64,000 bases of DNA from Octopus sinensis (lineage: Eukaryota), in assembly GCF_006345805.1 (NCBI RefSeq), contig NC_043004.1, positions 62,558,001-62,622,000 on the forward strand, read 5' to 3'. Each line of letters begins with the position of its first letter. The first letter of the stretch is position 1. Positions 55,870 through 64,000 of this stretch are shown one piece after another. Position numbers and translations under genes: made by a program. The notes under the pieces are model-generated. The model made no database searches and had not been told where the DNA came from. It saw nothing but the letters and a program-made list of their open reading frames with translations.

Positions 55870-56885
55870 TATTTAATTAACATCTTCGAACAACTGTTTT
55901 TCTGGTGCATCCCACTACATGCCATACATGGGTCTACATCCCGATATTTTTATGTTTTCCTGCAAAACCTTATTTGTCTTGCGACTTTTCGCACTGGCCT
56001 TATGTGGAAACACTCTGCCCGTTGAATTGCTTCCGTGTAATACCTTAAGTTCAATATCCTGTCACACTCTTCCGTGTAATGTCAAATCCTGGTTCATTTC
56101 CAGTGTTGACAGAATTAGTGTTCAGATTTCTGCATTCCATCTAGCTATCAATCCTTGTGCAAAATTCAAACACTTCAAAGTATCTGGAGTAAGCATATCT
56201 AGCCTATATCTCTCGCATTCTTTGTATACTCTGCCTGCGTAATTAGTGAATTATTCATCTATTCAACTTCGATCTTTTCTATGTTCAAACCTTTCCATTT
56301 AATATTAAACTGTGTGCTCTTTTCACCAAACATTTTGTAGAAAATGTCAAATGTGTCGGTGAGATTTATGTCGGAGGTTTTTGTTTTTTTTTTGCAATAT
56401 GAAGTTACTACAAGTCTCATGCTCTTCTGTCCTTAGTTTCCTTAAAACTAGTGGCGTTTTCATTTCATTCGTCCACTCCTAATATTAATTTCGAAAATGT
56501 TTGGAAATATTCGAATGGAAGCTTCGAAGGTTACTCCTTCTTCGGGGTCATATTTGAATGAGCTTATGGATTTTGCTAAAGGTCAGGTAAAATTGTATTC
56601 TCCGGTTTGGTAATCAACTTCATTAAGTGTAACATTTGGTGATGCAATACTTATTGTTTTTCTCATTGTTCCTTGAGTTGTTGTTGTTGCTGATGTTTTT
56701 GCAACTCGACTATACCAGCTAACAAATCTTTCATACATTATGATTTGCGTAAGATAGCACGACAAGATTTTTGTTTCTTTTTTGTCGAGGTATTTAATTT
56801 TTCACGTGAATTAGTTTAAATTCTCCAAGTGATGTTTTTTTCACTCCGCATAAATTTGTTTTTCCTCGTTGTCACTGTTGTAAAG
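55870..56885 (-). mobile_element. Ty3/gypsy LTR retrotransposon gag remnant
   Basis: Minus-strand pieces SFKYDPEEGVTFEA, LRKLRTEEHE..SNFIL, FGEKSTQFNIKWK and YAGRVYKECERYRLDMLTPDTLKCLNFAQGL...AEI. A degenerate PBS-like ACAGTGACAACGAGG lies near 56866-56880. Multiple stops. Confidence 0.7.
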
Positions 56886-58774
56886 CGTTATTTTGCCACT
56901 GTTGTATCTGTCTTTTCACGACGGTTGTCGCTCTGACATATGTTGTAATATTCCGAAGTCGTTGAGAGCATGGTTCTGTCTAGCACCGTACGACTGGGGA
57001 CTGTACAGTGTTATTATCCTCAAATGGTTAGATCTTTATAACGTCCACTCAGTATCACTGAACAATTAACATATCAGTACAGACACAACTATCAACACAG
57101 TCCAGTCTACATGTATTCTCGACCTTTCTGACCTTCTCTTGTTGACTGGTTAGTGGTGTATTTTAGACGTATCATGATTTCAAAAGCATAGATCCAAATT
57201 GTATCGAGTATTAAATAGGGATATGTCTAAATTTGTCAATAATCTCTCATGTGCTAACATATACGCCCAAGGGAATCTTTATAGAAACTGGTAGTTTCTA
57301 ACATGAAATATTCAACAGAAGTTATAAGCTCATGTTTTCTAAGGTCTTACGTAAAATGTTTTAAATCAAATTGAATTTAAATCACCATATAACGATATAC
57401 TCAAGAAATGTGTCTAATATTCATATACTTTCTGGATATTGAACTGAATATAATTATATCTAATGATGAATAAAATTTCATTATGACAACAAAGTGTGTA
57501 TAAAAATGTTCCTGTATATCCAAGTCAATATATAATCTCCTGCACTTACGAGTAATACATGAAATGTTCAAAATTAAGTTATGCATTGATAACAACTTAA
57601 AATGAAAGAATGCAATATAATGAGCTGCTTCTTATTAAGTGTAGAATATCATCAGAGTAAAGTCGGAATGTGATATCATTAATTTTACAATGTTGCTAAC
57701 ACTAAGAACCGATTTAAATAAACAAAAATTCTACTAATTTAAAGAGTATAATAGCGCCAATTATTTGTTTATGTATGCTGATACGATTCTTTAAATTTAT
57801 TAACTGAATGTTTTCTCTTAATTGGGATAAGAAAACAAAAATTCGGCGGAAAGGCTTAGTAATTCGCAAAGAAAATGCCAGATTACTCTCTGCTTTACAC
57901 GGTATAGAAGCTGTCCTTAAGTACATGTTACTTTTGTTTTTTTTCTTCTTTTCAATTCTATTCATTGTAATAGCTGCAACAGCTCTAACTGATACGTCTT
58001 TTTAGTTAGAGCTCCTACACTTACGATGTGGAACTAGTATAAATTTTACTCAGATTGCCAGAATTATAGTGAAAAATATTTCACTCGGACGATTTGCCGC
58101 AACATATGCTTGTGCGCGCATGAGCGCATGAGTATGTAAACATGTATGATATATGTACATATATATAAACACACATATCATGTGTATAAATTTACAATCA
58201 TTGTAAATAATCTATCACATAGGCTTATTATTTTTCTTATTTTCCACGCTCTTCGGTCGTTATCTTAAAGCTAATTACTATTTTGATGAGAGGGGATGTA
58301 TTATTGGTATAATCTATTTCTCTAAATAGTAGAAATACTTCTTTATTGTCTCGTAATGTCTCCGATAATCTAATACTGATACTATATTGTTCATTATTAA
58401 TAGTGTTGGAAGTACTAAAATTTATATTCGACTGTGGAAGCAATGCTTTAAAAGCCGAACTGCTAGTATTTATTCGGTTTCATGTTACTATTGAACACAA
58501 TGGCAGTTGATATTAAGGAACACTAAAAGTTGAACTATTAAATCTCCGTCCCTTTGTTACGATTCATCATATTCTCAGTACAATACTTGTAAGCGTCAAC
58601 ATCTTTTTGTCAAAATTATACAAAATAGACTAAAGCGCTGTGGGAAGCCATATAATTTTAAACTCTTTCAAACTTCTACAAGAAGCGCTTGCATTAGGTC
58701 ACAACTTCCTATATACTTTTATTCATTGAATGAAAATCCCATTACATTTATTCATCCAGCAAAATGTGCATGTG

Positions 58775-58810
<36 letters not shown>

Positions 58811-58840
58811 GCTGTTGTTGTTGTTGTTGTTGTTATTATT

Positions 58841-59190
58841 CTATGTTTGACTTTTGCTTTACATTTGTACAAGTTGGCTCCAAGTCTCACCCAGAGACCT
58901 AAAGAGAAAACAAGTTGGAAGTTCATGTTGTAGTTATGCCTAGGGTGCCATATATTTGGTTTGTACTTAGTTTTGTACTAGTGAATGTTTAAGAAACCAT
59001 AAGAAAATTATGTTTGTTTTAAAACTTGAGATTACATAGAAAGTATTTTGCGTAGGATATGAGCCGTTCCCATGAGCACTATCTTTTGAATTTCTGTCAT
59101 TTTGGGGTTTCCTGATATCTGCGCTAGGTAGCAATGAGCCCCTTTTGCTATCATACCCAGGGCACCTATGGCAACATGTATTGTTTTATT
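58841..59190 (-). mobile_element. R4/Dong-like family 2 short 3' fragment inside (ATT)n
   Basis: Homologous to 51234-51590 (VAIGALG, EIQKIVLMGTAHILRKILSM, same 3' UTR ending CAAAAGTCAAACATAG). Trinucleotide repeats on both sides. Confidence 0.9.
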
Positions 59191-59231
59191 CTTATTCTTA
59201 TTCTTCTTATTATTATTATCATCATCATCAT

Positions 59232-59234
<3 letters not shown>

Positions 59235-59288
<54 letters not shown>

Positions 59289-59314
59289 TAATAATAATAA
59301 TGATGATGATAATC

Positions 59315-59363
<49 letters not shown>

Positions 59364-59389
59364 TAATAATAATAATGATGATGATAATC

Positions 59390-59440
<51 letters not shown>
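59235..59440. repeat. (AAT/GAT)n microsatellite (tail of a minus-strand SINE D remnant at about 59441-59545)
   Basis: Direct reading. It is followed by GGCACAAGGCCAGTAATTTCAGGGGAGG...ATCGACCC, the reverse of the family D 3' end. Confidence 0.75.
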
Positions 59441-60138
59441 TTTACTGGCACAAGGCCAGTAATTTCAGGGGAGGCACTAAGGCGATAATATCGACCCTAG
59501 TGTTCTACTATTACTTACCTTATCGACCCAGGCAAAATTTGATGTGAAAACTATTATTGGATCCTATGTGAAATTATTCCTCCCTTTACACTATTTTTTA
59601 TGTTGTTTTGATTCAATTTAGCATGTTCCCTATAACACTATTTCTGTATTTGTCTTGAATCAAGTCTTAGGAATCCAATTTTGTAATCCAGAGTCAATTA
59701 CATATTCGCAATTCCAATGCTAGGTTTATTGGATATCAGATATGACACGAATATTAACCATAGTAAATACCAGTTTCCTGAACGTTGAATATTCCAAAAA
59801 TGCTTGGCCATGCCCTTATATCAAAAATCAGCATTCTAGCCACGTAACGAGAGTATATGTTGTTCTTTAATCATGTTTTCTATTTACAGCAACTGTCAAA
59901 GATGATAATTATATGAGTGAATACACATCTAAATAACGAAATACATTCATACTTAATGTCGGAAATGTCTTTCGAAAGGCAAAGATATGACAAAATTCAG
60001 ACCTTAAATTTACGAGTTAGATACAAATAGCTTTTTCCATTCGCATTATCTTTCTTTTCTACCTTTCTCGTTATGTAGATGCACAGTCGCGCACAGATAC
60101 ACATATGCACACCTATATATATATATTATATATATATT

Positions 60139-60185
<47 letters not shown>

Positions 60186-60911
60186 TTGTATTTGCGTTCG
60201 TGTGTACGGTCCCGCATATCTGTGTGTGTACGTGTGCGTGTGTGTATGTATATATATATATATTATATATATATATACCGATGTATATACATGTATACAA
60301 ATGTTTATGTAACTTTCTGTTTTAGATCTAAACACATGTGGATATAGATGTAAGCATACAGTGTGAGTGAGGATGCACGTGTGTGTGTGAGTATCTGTGT
60401 ATGGGTGTGTGTGTTTGGTTGTGTTTGAGTGTGTGAACACGTGTGAGTGTGTGCACCTGTGTCAGTGTTTGTTTAGAATATGCCCCCTATGTTTATACGC
60501 ATCTTTACGAATTTATTTACAACACGACTATCACTGATTCAGAAATTCGAAGCGCGGAAATATGCGCGTGCACGCACATTAAATAATATTTTATACATAT
60601 TCATAAGATTTCCGTTCATCCATAAAGATTGAAAGCAAAATCTTCATTAAACATTTATAACTATATTTGTGCAAGATATTTACATTCGTTTTCCTATCGT
60701 CCATTTTATTTTAGCTTATAAATAGTGGCAGTTACTAAACATGGGTTTAAGATGCAGCAACATGGGGGAATGATGAAATCAATTGTATATGTCATATTTC
60801 TTCGTTGGGCATCATTTTTCTGTTTTCAATTTTTAAACAATTCCTGATATTAGTTACTAAACTAACTCTGTTTATATGTATATATACATATATAAATTTA
60901 TATATATATAA

Positions 60912-60968
<57 letters not shown>

Positions 60969-62192
60969 ATATATATCACTAACACTAATCCACATAACCA
61001 ATCTTACCATTACTCATAATTGTCAAAAACTTTTGCGGTAAGAAAGAACAAGTATCAATAAATAATGTTGTTTTTTATAAGAACCATTATCAGTGTTTTG
61101 CCAAAAAATTCAGCTCTCAAAATTTCAGGACTTTCCTATCACCGAGGTTTTGGATCACGAAAAGTTTACGAAAAAGGTTAAATTTTAGTTCCTTATACAC
61201 AGGTGCTACTTCAAAATCTATCACTTCTCAATCTCCTAAGTATTTTAGCCAAGGAATGTACACTCTCGAGCACTCGGGTGTATACACGCCAGCACACACC
61301 CATATACACACAAACAAACACGCACAAACATATTCGCACACTCATACACATACATATAAATATATATGGAGAGATAGTGACTAAGTCAGCAAACCTTTGA
61401 ACGTTGTAGAAAATTTAAATATCCATTTCCAACTACTCGTTAACTGTCCTCTTCCTATTAGAGATGTTCGTATTCTTCTGACCGAGGTTTCTATTCACTT
61501 ATGACATGTTACGTATATACATATCCAAACACATTACAAATTATTATACTTTCATACACACGTTATAGCACACAATATTTCCTTATACAGGTGGTTGCAA
61601 ACACATAACCACATACACACACACACACACATACACATATCAATAACATTTAGGCTATTAGAATATAGTATTAACCATTTCATAACGTTAATTATCAATT
61701 TAATCAAACAGTTATGTTTGTTTGAAAGAAATTCAGATGTTGATAGTACAGATAATGTAAGCGTAGAATTGCTTAGATTTCCCTGATTACATAAATATTA
61801 TCATTATTTCTAAATCTTAACACTGTTCATATTGTAACTAGTTATTATGTGAATCACATCCTGTGCAAAGGATCAAGTAATGCCCTATAGGTCGATGATA
61901 ATCTTTTGATTTTGATAATTAGTTGAATATCTTGGAGTTAATGAACTACACTAAATTCTCGAAATTATGCACCCCTCCAATCTCTTTAGTTATATACATA
62001 CTGATATTATTTATAATTGCATAACCATTAGTGTATAAATAATAGCTAATTTAATGTTAGTACATTCAAAAGAAGGAACATTATTTGAAAGAAGAATTGA
62101 AATGCATCTCCTAACCGGAATTCATCCTCAAAGAAATATGGGAGTCTAGGTGAAACATTTAAAACCTTCATCAATTTAAACTATTGAGAATA

Positions 62193-62249
<57 letters not shown>

Positions 62250-62649
62250 ACACATATATATATACACATACACACACATATATGGGTGTGTATGTATATA
62301 TTTATGCAAAAGTGTATACGTATGTATGTATGTATGTGTGTATGTATGTATGTATGTTTGTATGCATAGACGTTATATAAAGACTTGTGCCGGAAAGGTT
62401 AAAGCGCTGGAGATAAACGTCAAATTATCGAATACATCATTGTGCTCTTAGGTTAACGATTTAGCATTTAAAGCGGCCATATCTAGACAAAATATTCCAC
62501 GGGTACTATGTCGAAATCTTCAGATCCATCATGTCACATTTACCCTTCACTTTAATTCTAAAAGTAAACAGTCACGTTACCAATATCCCAAAGCGACTTC
62601 ATAATGCATGATTAAATGTTTCAATGTGAATATATGTTTTACAACTGAC

Positions 62650-63100
62650 GATCTAGTTTCAATAGTGTTTTAAAATAGTCCTTGCCTGTAGGATAACATC
62701 ATATCCGAGAATGACTATGGCTCGATGAGTTGGCTTGACCTCAACTATATTTTTGTGTGTTCAAGTGAATTGGTTGTTGGTGAGTCGGTTAGCTCTTATA
62801 TTAGTGTGATCTAGAGTATCTGTGTAGGAACGGCATCATTAGAGATGTAAGAGCAACAGTCCCTTGCGAAATGCACTCGGACTTTGTCCTAAGTTGGTTC
62901 CCACTCTGAAAACAAGATCTTATCAATGGGAATGTGGTTCTAACTACGTTAAATATGACCTTTATAACGAACAATTTTCAACGCGTTTTGAGCTAAAGTA
63001 TTGCGTTCTTGTCAATTTTCATTTTTAATTGTGTAATGATACTTACTTGATAAAAGTAGCATTTATGAATGCCTTTTGGTTTTTAAATACTGTAAAAGAA
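62650..63100 (-). mobile_element. Possible very old CR1/Jockey-group RT remnant
   Basis: Minus strand ISQGTVAL and GYDVIL weakly resemble VPQGTVL and FADDxIL. Heavily decayed. Confidence 0.25.
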
Positions 63101-63649
63101 CCGAGAAAAATCTGCGTTTACGAAATTGGTCAGGTAAAACAAATCATTGAAGATTTCTATTTATGAAATCGGTAAGATTTTGCCATATGATAAATAGTAT
63201 CAGTAACACTTTGCTGTTGATAGCCTACACGTGGAAATAACTAGGTTTGGTGCATAATGAAATCCCCTGTACCATACAAGAACAGCACTTCGCCCTGCCG
63301 CTCGTATAGAGTAAACTCAGTTACTGAGTCAAGACACCTATATCGATGAGGGCAGTTTAAATTGAAACAAGGAGAATTTAAGCCAACACCACCAAACTGC
63401 TTATACAATGAAAGACTGTCAGCGCTAACTACCTGAACCATATTAGGTAATTACAACATCCGCTTCTCCCATGTGCATTAATATTCTGTCCACCATATGG
63501 ACGTCAGAACAAAAACGCCAAGCGAGCTGCGTAGAAAAATAGTAGTCTAAAGTATAGAACCCGATTTGAATTTGTCTCACTTCACTTCACAGTCCGGATC
63601 CAATTGTAGAAAATGAAAGTCTCATGGTTTGGCGAAGAGTATATGTTGA

Positions 63650-63705
<56 letters not shown>

Positions 63706-63796
63706 GTATGTATATATGTATGTATGTATGTATGTATATGTTTGTATGTATGGACGTATGTATTATATAAATATATATATGTATATATATATATAT

Positions 63797-63829
<33 letters not shown>

Positions 63830-63937
63830 ATGACATATATATGTATATATATATGTATATGTATGTATGTATGTATATATTATATATATGTATATATATA
63901 TATATATATATATAGATATAGATATATATATTATATG

Positions 63938-63969
<32 letters not shown>

Positions 63970-64000
63970 CATACATACATACATATTATATATATATATA

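Noticed and set aside
63241-63441. 66-aa minus-strand ORF with several Cys (SPCFNLNCPHRYRC)
   Set aside because: No recognisable domain or splice context, and the length is compatible with chance.

Overview
This is AT-rich, microsatellite-saturated animal genomic DNA. The SINE, LINE and Penelope repertoire suggests an octopus/coleoid cephalopod (inference from recognised repeat families, not from a search). The only well-supported host coding sequence is one + strand exon (ATG 37767 to a GT donor at 38136) encoding the N-terminus to TM3 of an allatotropin/orexin-type neuropeptide GPCR. An upstream splice acceptor implies a non-coding 5' exon, and I could not identify the next coding exon in the remaining ~26 kb. 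A decayed LRR-like reading frame may lie at 4.4-5.1 kb (-). The rest is mostly transposon debris: several modular tRNA-derived SINE families, a SINE-LINE chimera, stacked R4/Dong-like LINEs in (TAA)n, RTE and CR1-group LINE pieces, Tc1/mariner remnants and MITEs, a non-autonomous Helitron, a Ty3/gypsy gag remnant and Penelope-like element (PLE) fragments. Three features stand out. (i) There are at least eight minimal type I hammerhead-ribozyme (HHR) motifs from several repeat families. (ii) One of these families has a GUGAACA core, i.e. a swapped G3:C8 tertiary pair. (iii) A fold-back architecture recurs in which an element is followed by its partial inverted copy ending at a (TA)n tract. No CRISPR arrays, rRNA or real tRNA genes were seen. 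All alignments and folds were done by eye.
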